From contig QPMI01000064.1 of NCBI GenBank assembly GCA_004431415.1, positions 344,345-408,344 of the forward strand: a DNA stretch of 64,000 bases. The letters run 5' to 3'. The notes below the pieces were generated by a model. That model worked only from the letters and a program-made list of their open reading frames with translations, was not told the DNA's origin and ran no database searches. Each line of letters starts with the position of its first letter. Position 1 is the stretch's first letter. The position numbers and the translations under genes are program-made. Below, one piece after another: positions 10,386 to 22,628 of this stretch. The DNA comes from Cyanophora paradoxa CCMP329. Taxonomy: Eukaryota; Plantae; Glaucophyta.

Positions 10386-13300
10386 TTAATTTAGAGAGAA
10401 ATGATCATGAAGTGCACGCACGTAGAAAGTGACGTAAACGTGGCGGGAGAGGAGGATGTGGGGCAGGGCGCCGGCGAGCCCCAAATCGAGGTACACCCTC
10501 GCCAATGCGTCATTCGCCCGCTTCGGCGGACGCCGCAGGGTACTGACGAAAATGCAGAGGAACTCCTCGTGGTCCTCATGCTGGTGGTGAGACCGGAGGT
10601 GGCGGCGTCGTCAGGGGCGGAGGTGGCGGCGGTGCAAGAAATAATCAAATTCACGGCGCACGGGCCGTTGTACCAACGATGCGATGAAGCGCCGCATGGG
10701 CCCCGGGTCCCACCTCGGGCCCGTCAGAAAGTGCATAGCGCAGTGTGGGCAATCGTCACGGGGCTTGGGATGCGCGGCCTTCAATTCCCCAAATTTGAAG
10801 TGCTGCGCCCGAGCGCGAGGGTCAAAGGTCGAGGTTCGAAAGGTATTCTTCAAGAGAGAATTAGATGCGAGAGCGTCACCTCGCGTTTATGCTCGCCACG
10901 ACCCGAGTCGTCGTCCGGCGTCTCGTCGGGGCCGCGGGGGTCCCAGGCCGGCAGCTCTGCCCAGAGCCAGCGGCTCGGACGCGCCCCGGGCTGCTCCGGA
11001 TCCGCACACGGCGAGGGCGGGGAAGCGGCGGGCACGTGTGCACGTGCGGGCGCCCCCGGGGCGGCCGCGCCACAGGAAGGCGGGGAAGCGGGGGGCACGC
11101 GTGCGGGCGCCCCCGGGGCGGCTCGGGGGCGGCGGCGCCGGCGGAGCTGGAGGGAGGAGAGGGCGGCCGCGGGCGCCGGCCGCAGGGGTCTCCTGAGAAG
11201 AATTCGAAGAGGGGGCCGGTTTATTCGGGCCCTTTTTCTTCTTCTTCTTCTTTTTGCCTTCACCTGCGGCCGCGGTCGCCGCGGCGGCCGCGGCCGTGCC
11301 CGTGCCCACGGGCGGCGCGGACGCCGGCGCCGGCGCCGGCGCCTGCCCCGCGGCGCGGAGGAGCTCGTCGGCGGCGGCGTGCACGCGCCGCAGCGCCGCG
11401 TCGACGTCCCGCGGCGCCCCCGCGACGAGGGCCGCCTCCATGTCGACCTCCGCCCGCTCCAGCTCCGCCCTCGCCCTGCCCGCCGCCTTGCTCTGCGCGT
11501 CCCGCCGCCCCGCCCCGCGTCGGCCGCGAGCGCGAGCGAATTGAAGGCGGAACTGGAGCTACCTGTAGCTGCAGCCCGTCAGCGACAGCCCGGGCGCCCG
11601 TCGCCGCCTCCCGCGCCTTCGACACGCGTTGGTCTGCCACAGGCGCCGGGGCGGCTTTCGCGGCCGCGGGCGACGCCGCTTGCGCCAAATTCGAATTCGA
11701 AGTCTGCTGCTCCCTCGAGAGGAGAATAGTTCCTCGCCGGATCACGTCCACCGCCAGGCTCGCCCCCTTCTCAAGCACGCCCCGCAGCGTCTGAAGCGCC
11801 GACTCCCGCTCATTCTGCGGTGACATCAGCGTGCGCGTGGCGCTGCCGTGCTGGCAGGGCGAGCGGTATGTGATCATGCTCATGAGCCGGCGCGCTGTCG
11901 ATTCTGAAGCGCACCGGCTGGGCCAACCGCGCGACGAGAGACTGCACGTGCGCCATCAACTTCTCGCCGAGCACGTAATCAATAGTCATCGCCAGCTCTT
12001 TTGGGTCCTGCGAGGCGTCGGTTCAGCACAAAGCGTGATCAATGGCATTTGTTGAAATTAAAGTGCGCGGTGCCGTACCATCTCGCGGGCCGCGGCGAGG
12101 GTCTTCGGAAGCTGGCCGGCAGAAATCGCCCCCGCAAGGGCGAGGAACGCAGGGGGGAGCAGCGGAGGAGAGGGTCCCGGCCCGCCGGCGCCGGCACCGG
12201 CCCGGAGGGCCGCCTCGAAGCCTGCGAGGAAGGGCGGGGGCGGGGCCCGCTCCGCGGCCCACTGGCTCGCGAAGCGCTCGAACGCCGGATTCAGCTTGAG
12301 CCGCTTCGTCCTGAGTACCCACTGGCTCGCCTCCTTGATGGCCTGGACGTACTCGCTTCCGGCGGGGTCGGCCCCGCCGGCGTCCAGCGCCGCCAGCCGG
12401 GCGACCGCGCCGGCCGCGTCGCGGCGCAGCGACTCGCAGACCCTCTCCAAGCCGCGCTGCTTTTCCTCCCCGAGCTCCGCGAACGCGGCGGTGGCCTTGA
12501 AATCGGCCTGCGGCGAGTCGACGGGCAATTAGGTCAAATCAGAAGGGTCTGGCGGAAGCTTTAGGTTCGGCATGAAATTCGACGGGTTTGGCATTAACAT
12601 TCAGTTCGATGGCCATCTATTAAGATAAATCCTATTGCATGCGCGCAATTGACCTGGCGATCGCGAGTCTTACGGCACTAAATTGACAGGCGCACCAGGC
12701 TGGAGAATCGCAGTTTAAGGGTGGCCACGTCAACAGACAAGGAATCTTTCAAGCGCTTATTGATGGTCGCAATCGTCTTTGCCTGACTCTGCGCGGCTTC
12801 GTCAGCATTATAAGCGGCAGGGCCTGTGAATCCGCGTTCCTGTGGGCGCACGGAATCATTCGCGGCTGAAGATCCGAGTGCCATTCTTTGAAGCCCCGAG
12901 AAGCTGCGCGCGAGCTCCTCAGCGTCGTCGCCGGCCTTGCACTCAGCCGTCGCTCCGAAGCCATTCAGGGCCGCCCGCGCGGCCTCTACGGCCGCTGCGG
13001 CCTTCTCCGCGTCCCTCTTCTGCAGCGCCCGCTCCAGCTCCGCTTCAGCCGCGTCCTGCGCTCCGCCATGCATGATCAGCCGCGGGCACTGCGAATTTAA
13101 TCTGCAACTGGAGAGTACTAGTGTCGCGCACAAGTCCAAAATTAAACTCACCAGCCGACGGTACGCATCCTTCAAACATTTGCCAGCCTTTTCGCCCAGT
13201 GCCGTGCCGAGGCTTGAAGCCATCACGATCTGACAGCTGTGTCAGTCGTGCACGTGGATAATCCTTTGCTGCAATTGCAATCGCAACAGCGGACGCGCCA

Positions 13301-14420
13301 TTCCTTCCTGTGCGCTCTTGTAATTTCTTTCCTGGATCCTCCGCAAAACAGCAAGCGCCCGCTTGAGGGGCGGCGACCCGCTCGTGTCCTCCAGCACCTC
13401 CTCGAAGAGGTACCATTCGGCGAACGCTTGGAGCGGGACGACGAGAGTTTCGACGCCTACGTGAAGGAGCCTCATCTCCGACTCGCGGACCTCCTTCAAT
13501 TGCAAGAGCCGGGCGGACGTGCCCGGCTTGGCCGCCCGCAGCCGCCGCCTCGCGTCGCGAATCTCGTCCTCTATGCTCGCCTGCAGGGCCGAGGCTGCAC
13601 GCTCCAGTTCGCTCATCGCCGACAGCACGCTGCTGACGCCGGGGGCGAAGGGCGGCATCTTGAGGGCCCCAGCCGGCGCTGGCGAGTCGCTGGGGCCGCC
13701 GTGGTCGCGGAATTGCGAGACGAACAGGACACTGGAAAAGGACCGGCGCACGCCCTGCTCCAGCGCGCGCTGCAGGCGAGTCACGTAAACAAAGCGAGTA
13801 CTTGTATATGAACGGGCCCCCGCGCGCAGCGCTAGGGCGCACCAGCTTCTCAATAGCGTTCTTGCAATCGCCCACGACGCCGCTCGAGCTCGCCAGCCGC
13901 TCCCAGAACGCGACGCAGCCGTCGAGCGCGTCCGCTGCCGCGTGATGGGCCGAATGAATCTCTGGCGCCGTCGGGGACCGGGAGGAAAGCTTCTGGATTC
14001 CAGAAGCCTGGCATGGAGCGCGCGCGTTTGCGTATTCATGATCAGCCGGCGCCGCGCACGGATGACGCTGTACATGTACATGTGCGCGCGTCGGCGCGCG
14101 CGCGGCCGCGCACCACGCCCTTGTCCAGATCGGCGACGGCTCGCTTCGCTTGATCGCAAGAGCTTGCTGCATCTGCTGGCGCCTTGAACGTAGCCTGCGC
14201 ATCGCGAATGAGCGACCGTCGGACGCGTACGACTATACGGCGCCGGCGCCAGGAGCAGAGCTTCGCGCACGATCTCGTCGCAGGCGGATCGCACGTCCTC
14301 CAAGTGTTTCAAGAGCTCCGACAAAGCCTGCTGCGCGTGGACGTGGCCCCCCATGGCCACGAACACGCCGCGCGCCCGCGCGCGCGCGCCGAGATCGGCC
14401 GGCGCCGCAGCCGATGCTCA
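10386..14420 (-). CDS. Hypothetical multi-exon protein(s); one long gene or two genes
   Basis: Chain of coding-like minus-strand ORF segments (13242-14366, 12678-13226, 12058-12528, 11260-11883, 10887-11441, 10611-10853) separated by intron-like gaps. Contains a poly-Lys tract; no recognisable domain. Confidence 0.5.
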
Positions 14421-14751
14421 AACGCTAGCTGCTGAGCTTATGATCTGCCTGCCGATCCTCGATCGCGAGCGATCCTCTAAAGCTCCAGCAGTAGGTTCGG
14501 CGACCCTATAGCTCTTGCAATTGCAAGCCTAGCGCCTGTACCCCCGACCACGGGCCCGGCGCCGCGCCGCGCGCGGCTCGCGATCGCGGCGTGCTGCGGG
14601 CAAGCCTTGATCATGAAGGCTTGTCGCTGTCGTCAGTGTGCGTGAGCTCCAGCGCCCGGGCCGGCGGCGGCTTCAAAATTTCAAGAGATTCAGCATCTAA
14701 GCTATAATTATATAAGATCTACTCGCTAGCTATAGCTATGCTTGCTGTTTG

Positions 14752-17488
14752 TCACTCGCCGTCAGGCTCGGGGTCCTTGCGGGGCCACCCCCTCCTCCTG
14801 GCGCCCTTGAGGGGAAGCGGGGGCGTCTGCCGCGAAGCGGGGCGGGGCCGAGAGGGGTGCGGGGGTGACTCAGTGAGCGGGGACAAGGTGACTCAGTGGG
14901 GTGGCTCTAGATCTGGCCCGGCGCCAGCTCACCAGCATCAAGGGGGGTAGAGACTCGGGCTCGGAAGCCTCCCCACCCAGGCCCAGCTCCTCCAGGGGTA
15001 CGGGCGGCTCCTCGCAGGGCTGCGGGGGTACGCGATGAGACTCTTAGGAGAAACCTGAGAAGGCAGGGGGGGGTACGGCACCCTGAGGAGGGAGCGGAAG
15101 TTGGAGTACTCGTCGACGGAGGTGCGGGCTACACGCTCGGCGAAGGCCGAATCGGAGGGGGAGAGGGCCGACGACAGGGAGACGCGGGGGGTACGGGGTT
15201 TCGAAGAATCCGGATCGGAAGGGGGGGAGGAGTCCGGGTGCTCAGGGGCCGGGCTCAAGTTCGGGTCCCGGCCGAGGGCCCTAAGGTACTCCAGGCGGGG
15301 GCGGATGCGGGAGGGGAGGGAGTACGCCAGCGTGGGGGGGAAGCGGACGATCTGGGGGTACGGGTTACCCAGGGTCGGAAGAAGGGACGAAGGGGGGGTA
15401 CGGGGTGCGCGGACCTCCTGGGGCCCGTACCCGTGGGAGCGGAGGAGCCGAATCTTCGGCTCGAGGTTCGCGGCGGGATCCAGGACGAGGATCTGAGGGG
15501 AGGGGGAGGGGGGCGGTCGCCTAAGCGGGGATTGGGGGATGAAGGGGGGGGGGAATAAGCAGGGGTAGAGTGACCTGCGGCGAGGCGCGGACGAGGGCGG
15601 AGAGGTCGGGCCCGAGGAAGCCACGCGATTTGAGGTACCGCAGGCTGGGGGTACGCGAGTGAGAAGCGGGAAGGAAAAAGGGGGGGTGGGGGTGAAGGGG
15701 GTACCTTCGTTCGAGGCCGACTCGGGAGCGGGCGAGAAGCGGGGGGAACTTGACAATCACCTGAGGGGCGGGCCGTGCGATTAGGAAGAGAAGTGAAAAT
15801 GACTCCGGGCGGATTCGAACCTGAGCAAGGTCGTGCCGGGAGAGGGCGGCGTGGTACGCAAGAGCGGCGATGGAGGGCCGTACCCCCGTCTCGAGGGGGC
15901 GGAGGAACGCCATGGGGGCCCGGCTGAGAATCTGAAGAAAGCGGCGGGCAGGGGGTACGGATTAAAAGGGCGGGGGCGGTGGGGCGGGGGGTACGCGGCG
16001 CGCCTTGGCGATCGCGGGGCCCTGGAGCCCCAGGCCCTCGAAGAACGTGACCTGGGGTACGCCGTTCAGCTTCTGGGGAGTTGGAGGGGGGGTACGCCTG
16101 AACCTTGAGGAGGAAGGTCCGCTCAAGGGAGCGGCAGAGCAGCTCGGGGTACCGCCTCACCACGCGGGCGGCCTCGGATCGGCTCAGCCCGAGGGCCTTC
16201 ATGTACGTGATCTGGGGATGGCAAGGGCAGCAAGGGGGTACACGGTGTGATTATTCAGGAGGGGACGAACGGGAGGGGGGTACGACGCACCCGCTCGCTT
16301 AGCCCCTCGGTACGCATACCGAGTATAAGGGGCTGCCGCTGGATCATGCGGAGGACGCAAGGGCTGAGGAAGGGCGATCAGGGGGTACGACGAAGAGGAA
16401 AGAAGGGGGTACGGCGCACGGGTCGAGGGAGAGCTCCGATTGGAGGAGGGATGACAGGGCCTGGAGGCGCCCGCTGGAGGCTAGGGAGAGCAGCTTCGGC
16501 TGCGAAAGAAGCGAGGGGCAATCAGCGAGGGGGAGGGAGGGGTGGCGCTGCAAGAAAGGAGGGGGGGGGAAGGAGGGGGGGGGGTGGAGGTTCGGCGCAC
16601 GTGGCGGGCGATGAGGCGGCGCGCGGCGTCGGGGGCGAGGCCGGCGCGCTCGAGGGCGGCCGCCGACTCGGACATGGCGCCCTCGCTGAGGCCGACGGTG
16701 CGCGTGGAGAGCAGGAGCCGCGCGGGTTCGACTCCGAAGCGCTCCCGCGCGAAGCGGAGCCGGTCGTGGAGCGTCTCCTCGCGTACCCAGAGCACGTGCA
16801 GGTCGGCGCGGAGGAGGCCGGCGGTCTCGGGCCCCGTCAGCCCGGCGCCGCGCAGCAGCTCGATCTTGCGGCGGAGGCGGGCGGGCCCCATGGCGAGGAC
16901 GCGCGGGGAGGCGGGGAGCGCCGCCGCCAGCTCGGGGGCGCTGAGACCGGCGGAGGCGAGGGCGTCGGCCGAGGGGCGGAGCTCGGCGTCGACGCTGAGG
17001 CGGGCGAGGCCAGGGAAGGCGGCGAGGCAGCGATCGACGTCCGCGCGGCTCATGCCGAGCTCCCGCGTGAGGAACAGCTCTGCCTCCGAGGCCGGGGCGC
17101 GCTTGCTCCGCGGCCTTCCGCGCTTCCGCGGCGCGGCGGGCTGCTCCGCGGGCACGGCCGAGGCGCCGCGCGGGCCCGCGTGCGGGGGCACGCGCAGCTG
17201 CAGTGCTCCGCCGACGAAGAAGCGGGGAGGCCGCTCGACCGGCGCCCGCACAGATCGCCCGTGGAGGAAGATTGGCGAGCGCAGCGGGGAGGCCAGCGAC
17301 TCGGGGCGCAGCAGCGGGGAGCGGAGGGAGAAGGCTGCCGGCGAGGAAGGGGCCGGAGTGGCGCGCGGCGGGCCGGGTGCGCCTCCGATGAAGCCGGCCA
17401 CCCGCGTTCGCGAGGGCGGGCCCAGCGCGCGCGCCGATGGCAAGGTGGCCGCCGGCGGCGGCGGTGGGAGCGCCGCTGCCGGGGACAT
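14752..17488 (-). CDS. mTERF family protein with organellar transit-like N-terminus
   Basis: Repeated mTERF motifs: FLTRELGMSRADVDRCLAAFPGLARLSVDAELRP, LGLSRSEAARVVRRYPELLCRSLERTFLLKV, NLEPKIRLLRSHG, IVRFPPTLAYSLPSRIRPRLEYL, SLSSALSPSDSAFAERVA. N-terminus is Ala/Pro/Ser/Arg-rich. Confidence 0.85.
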
Positions 17489-17818
17489 GCCCGCCGTATA
17501 CTGCGCGTAACCGCGTTACGATCGCGCGACGCTGCAGCTGATCGCCGGGATGACTCGGATGATCCTCGTCGGGGTACAGGCGAAGTCTTGCTGGGTACCG
17601 GGCACGCAAGGAGAGGGTCTAGGAGCCACCTGCAAACGACCGCAGCGCATCAAGCCGCTGCTTCCAGCGGTCCGGCTGCGAACGGCTCCAGCCCGGGAAC
17701 ATCTTTGTTCGCAGCAGGGAGCAGTCGCTCGGCCTAGGAGCCGGTCTACGTTCGGGAAAAAAGACTGCCACGGCAAGCTAGTGCCTCGGGTGGCTTTGCC
17801 GGCAGTCGGTAATCGAAG

Positions 17819-20800
17819 ATGTCGGGCGAAACGGTGGTGATGGATCCCCAGGATCCGAAGACGATTGTCAGCCGCGATGTCACCGACGCGGACCTCGATG
17901 CGGTGCCCACCTACGCGACGTTCCACAGGAACCGCGCAGGTGAGGCTCTCAGGGGCCGCTCGGCACCATCGCCGGCCGCTCGCCGCCGGCTGCGGCCACT
18001 CGGAGCCCCGAAGGATCGCCGTGGCGGTGTCTGACAGAGAGGCGGCGCAGATGCGGAGGACGATGTGGAGGAGCCGGTTCCGGAGAACTGGCAGGAGCTT
18101 CCCGACGTGCGATTCCCGCGCCGCCTAGCGCCGAGTCACCGCGACTCGGCCTTCGGCCGCCGGCCCGCGAGCGCATCGCTGATCCCGCCCGTCCCGCGCA
18201 GCGCGAGATCGCTTGGACGAAGGAAGGGAACCTCGGTCTCAAGGGCGACAAGTGCGAGGACCCGGCCGGCGACCGCGGCACTCTCGTGAAGACCACGACC
18301 TACACCAAGGTCGCCGCCGCCGCCGCCGCAGCCTCCGCCGCGCCGTTCCTGGCTGGACGACCTTCTGACGAAGTCCCCGGCAGCCCTTCACAATCCTCGG
18401 AGAGGTGCTGGAGGAGGGCGGCCAGACCCTCGAGGGCGATGCCGTTTACAGTGCGACGGCGACGCGCACCATCGATCAAGAGTGCGTCACGCGCCGCGTT
18501 CTATGCCGCCCGCGTCTCTGATCGGACGGCAGCTACTACGAGAAGCGCGTGAAGACGTTCCAGGAGGAGAAGGAGACGTTCTACGCGCAGCAGGGTGCGG
18601 CCGCGCCGCCGCCGTCGCCCCGCCTCCTCCTCCGCCACGCACGCCGCTCCGCGCCGCGCTGACCGCCGGCGCCGCCCGCGCGCAGGCAAGCTCATCACGC
18701 AGCAGCAGGTCATCGCGGACAAAATGTTCCTGGACGACCGGACGCTCATCAACGTCACCGAGGCGACGGTCAAGCCGTCGGACATCAAGCCCGTGTTCCC
18801 CGAGGCGCCAGAAATCGAGCAGGACGACTGGGAGTTCTCGGGGCGGTCGAAGGCGCAGAGTGGGCCGACGGTGGAGGACCGCAGGACCGCGCCGCGGCAG
18901 ACGAGCACGGGCGACGTCTGCGAGCGGACCAAAATCGAAGGCACCGACTTGGATTTCAGCGACGTCACGATCCACAAGCCCGCGGACAAGTGCGCGTGCC
19001 GCCCGCGGGTGACGCGCTCGCGCGCCGAGCCGAGCCGACCGCTCGCGCCCGCAGGATCTCGCTCCACTACGACCACATGATCAACCCCCAAATCCTGACC
19101 ATGGTGCGCGGCTCTGGTCAATCGCGCCCTGGGACGCGATCGCGTCGCGGGGGGCGCAAGCAAGGGGCGCGACGGCGCGACGGGGCGGGCGGGCGGGCCT
19201 GACGCGCGTTTGGGGCGGGGCGGGGGCAGTGCGAGGAGGAGCTGAGCAAGGACGACGCGTTCGGGAAGGGCTTCATGGCGGCGATGGCGAAGCACAACAT
19301 CGACATGGCGGAGCTGTTGGACCCGGACTGCGACTTCGACGAGCCGGCCAAGGTCGTCAACATCCACGACAACTGCGCCGTCAACCGTAAGCTATTTATT
19401 TACTTAGAAGGTTGCACTGCTGCTCCTCGATTTGATACTAATCAATTACGTGCTGCTGCGGTTGCAGTCGTCGCCGAGCAGGACTTCACCCTGAAGTGGA
19501 CAGAGGTCGAGCACTCCGACTGGGAGGAGGAGGTCTACTACAAGGGCCTCAAGACCTACACCGAGACGGCCACGTACTCCAAGAACGACGAGTACACCAA
19601 GGCCGCCACCGCCACCCGCAAGGCCTACTTCTTCCAGAAGGGCCAGGAGACCGGCAAGATCCACAGTGCGTCGGCCCCTTCCCCCCCCTCCCCGCCCCGC
19701 CCCGTCGTCAGCGACGCCGACCCTTGACGCCGCGCCCTTCCGCAGCGTACATCAAGCAGACGGGCGAGGGCGCGAAGTCATGGGTCACAGACACGCGGAG
19801 GGTGAATGAGAAGGTCTCGGACGAGTCCGAGATCATCGACGGGAAGTGGCACGAGCCGAGCGCGTGGACGATGGACCGAGGCTCCTGGGACGTCGACGGC
19901 GACGGCAACGAGCGCAAGGTCGGCGAGTTCAAGCCCAAGACGATCCGCTACGTCGAGCAGTCCATCGTGGAGGGCGACGCGTGCTACAGGACGCAGTTCA
20001 ACAAGTGCCCCATCTCCAAGATAGACATCGACGTCTCGTGCCCGGACAACGAGGAGGCGATGGCGGCCAAGGTCAGCCTCAAGGGCCACTGCGTGGACGA
20101 GTCGCCGGAGCTCTTCGACAACGAGCACCGCTGCGGGGAGGGTGCGACGACGGGCTTCGGGCTCGACAACTGCACGGAGGTCATCCGCACGGGCGAGGCG
20201 TTCGACGAGTCCTCGCTGGCGCCGTACAACCGGAGCTCGACCTCGACCTCGACGTCCACCTCGGGCACGACCAGCGGCGGCACGACGTCGTCGAGCAGCA
20301 CCAGCGGCACGACGTCCTCTACCAGCGGCACGACTTCCTCGACCAGCGGCACGACCAGCTCTGGCACGACCAGCTCTGGCACGACGGGCACGGCCGCGGT
20401 CGACCCGAACGACGGCATCCCGCCCGAGGATCTGGACGAGTACACGCCGACCGCGTCGGAGAGGGCGAGCTGCATGAAGGTCGTCAACACGAGCGAGTAC
20501 CAGTCGCTCGACAGCGCCGCGTGCGCTCCTCTCCCGTCGCCTCCGCTCCCATCTCCGTTGACGTTGGCGGCGCCGTCGCAGCGACAAGCTGGCGCTGACG
20601 CTGAAGAAGGCGTACGCGGACGACTACGACTACTCGGGCCAAGGGGCGGTCTGGGACGAGCTCTTCCCCGGCAAGAAGTACGTCACGATGCCGGAGATCA
20701 TCGAGGCCACGAAGGACTCGCAGTACCCCGTGCTGCAGCACATGGGCGGCCGCATCACGGGCCTGTACGGCGGCACCTTCCCTCGCGGCGACGGCACGTT

Positions 20801-22041
20801 CGCCATCGGCGACGGCGACGGTGAGCGCGCGCGGGCGCACCTGTCCGCGCGACGCCGGCCACGGCCCCACGCTAACACACGCACGCGCGCGCGCGCAGCC
20901 AATCTTGACCGGTGGGAGTTCGTCGACTGCAGCACGAACAAGGACGAGGACGTCACCACCTCGGAGCCGTCGACCAGCACCGCGCCAACGACAAACACGT
21001 CCGAGCCAACGAACAGCACCGAGCCGACAAGCACGACCGAGCCAACGAACAGCACCGAGCCGACAAACACGACCGAGCCAACGAACAGCACCGAGCCGAC
21101 AAACACGACCGAGCCAACGAACAGCACCGAGCCAACGACAAACACGACCGAGCCAACGAACAGCACCGAGCCGACAAACACGTCCGAGCCAACGAACAGC
21201 TCCGAGCCGACGACCAACACCGAGCCGGCGACCACCGAGCCGACGACCACCGAGCCGGCGACCACCGAGCCGACAACCACCGAGCCGGCGACCACCGAGC
21301 CGACAACCACCGAGCCGGCGACCACCGAGCCGACGACCACCGAGCCGACGACCACCGAGCCGACGACCACCGAGCCGACGACCACCGAGCCGGCGGGTCC
21401 GACGGCGGAGGAGCTGGCGGCGGCGGCGGCGGAGCTGGCCAAGGCGCGCACGTACCTGGACAATTCGACGTACAAGGCCCTCACGACCCCCGCGGACAAG
21501 CTCGCGTACATCCTCATGTACGCCTACCGCGAGCGGCACGACTACGTGGGCGAGGAGGACGTCTGGGACGCCCTCTTCCCGGGCAAAACCGAGGTGAGCG
21601 GCACCCCGCATCCGCTTTTGGCTCCGTTCCCGTTCCGCGGATCGTGCTGACGGGCGGGCGGCGCCCGACGAACAACAGGTCACGCTGGCGGAGGTCATTA
21701 CCGCGCTCAGCTCGGCGGCGTACCCGATCGTGACGCGCATGGGCACGCGCCTGCCCGGCGTCTACGACGGCTCCGTGGCGCGCGCGGACGGCACCTTCGC
21801 CGTGGGAGACTCGGACGGGCTCCTCGACAAGGCGGAGTTCCTGAGCGTGGCGACCAAGGTTGCGGCGGCGCGCCTGGATGAGGAGGCGCAGACGGTGTCC
21901 GACTCGGCCCTCAACGTCGTCGCCGGCGACGCGTACGTCGACACGGCCGACGTCGTCGTTGACAGCGACGAGATCGACCTCGTCGAGGCCGCCGGCGGCG
22001 CGCCCGCCGACGGCGGTCCCGCCGCCGAGGCGTCCGCGTAG
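17819..22041 (+). CDS. Large acidic protein with Ser/Thr and TEP mucin-like repeats and two tandem ~95-aa modules ending in EF-hand-like loops
   Basis: Strongly GC3-biased exons from the ATG at 17819 to the TAG at 22041. Modules read ...VWDELFPGKKYVTMPEII...GDGTFAIGDGDANLDRWEF and ...VWDALFPGKTEVTLAEVI...ADGTFAVGDSDGLLDKAEF. Confidence 0.7.
20960..21392 (+). repeat. Coding minisatellite (TEPTNS/TEPTT/TEPAT units of 15-21 bp)
   Basis: More than 20 tandem accgagcc-containing units in frame within the 17819-22041 gene. Confidence 0.9.
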
Positions 22042-22628
22042 ACGGCTCGACTCGCCCCCCTGAACCTTCTTCGCCGCGTTTCCTTCGCTTTTATTGGCCC
22101 TGCTTTGATCGTCTATCACGCTCAGCCGTTCTTTATTGGACCCTTGCGTATGCGGCTGTATTTGTCTAGGCACTCGTATCCCCGTAGGGTATTGCAGATC
22201 CGTATTATTCGGGTATGTAGGACGGGTACTCGCTCCCCTCGAGTCAGTTTTTTTTACAGATTCGTACGATGCGACATGTAGGCTGATGTAGCCCGCGACT
22301 GATTTGGTCGTGACCCTTCAAGCTACATAGATCCTTTTTTAAATTCTCATTTGAAGAATTCTGGTCTAGATCTGTTTTGATTTGATCAGGATTCCGTGAC
22401 CGTGAGCCGCTGAGGACACCCAGCCCCGAGCCCAACCTCGCGCTCGGAACGCACTGCAGTTGCAGCTGCGGCGAGACTTCAAGTGCCCCGGGCGTTGGCT
22501 TCACGGAGTCAATTAGCGTCGAAGACACTGAAATGCAATATAACATGATAGCGCTATAGCTATAGCTGTACAAGAGCGCGGCGCAGGCCGCCCGGCCCCG
22601 GCAGCACAAGTATCTACCCGATCCGGGG

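Noticed and set aside
16247-17737. Long antisense/alternate-frame ORFs (e.g. 16247-17737 +, 10401-11729 +, 20484-21746 -, 31509-32555 -, 56113-57033 +)
   Set aside because: These are shadow ORFs caused by high GC and repeats opposite real genes; they are low-complexity with no motifs.
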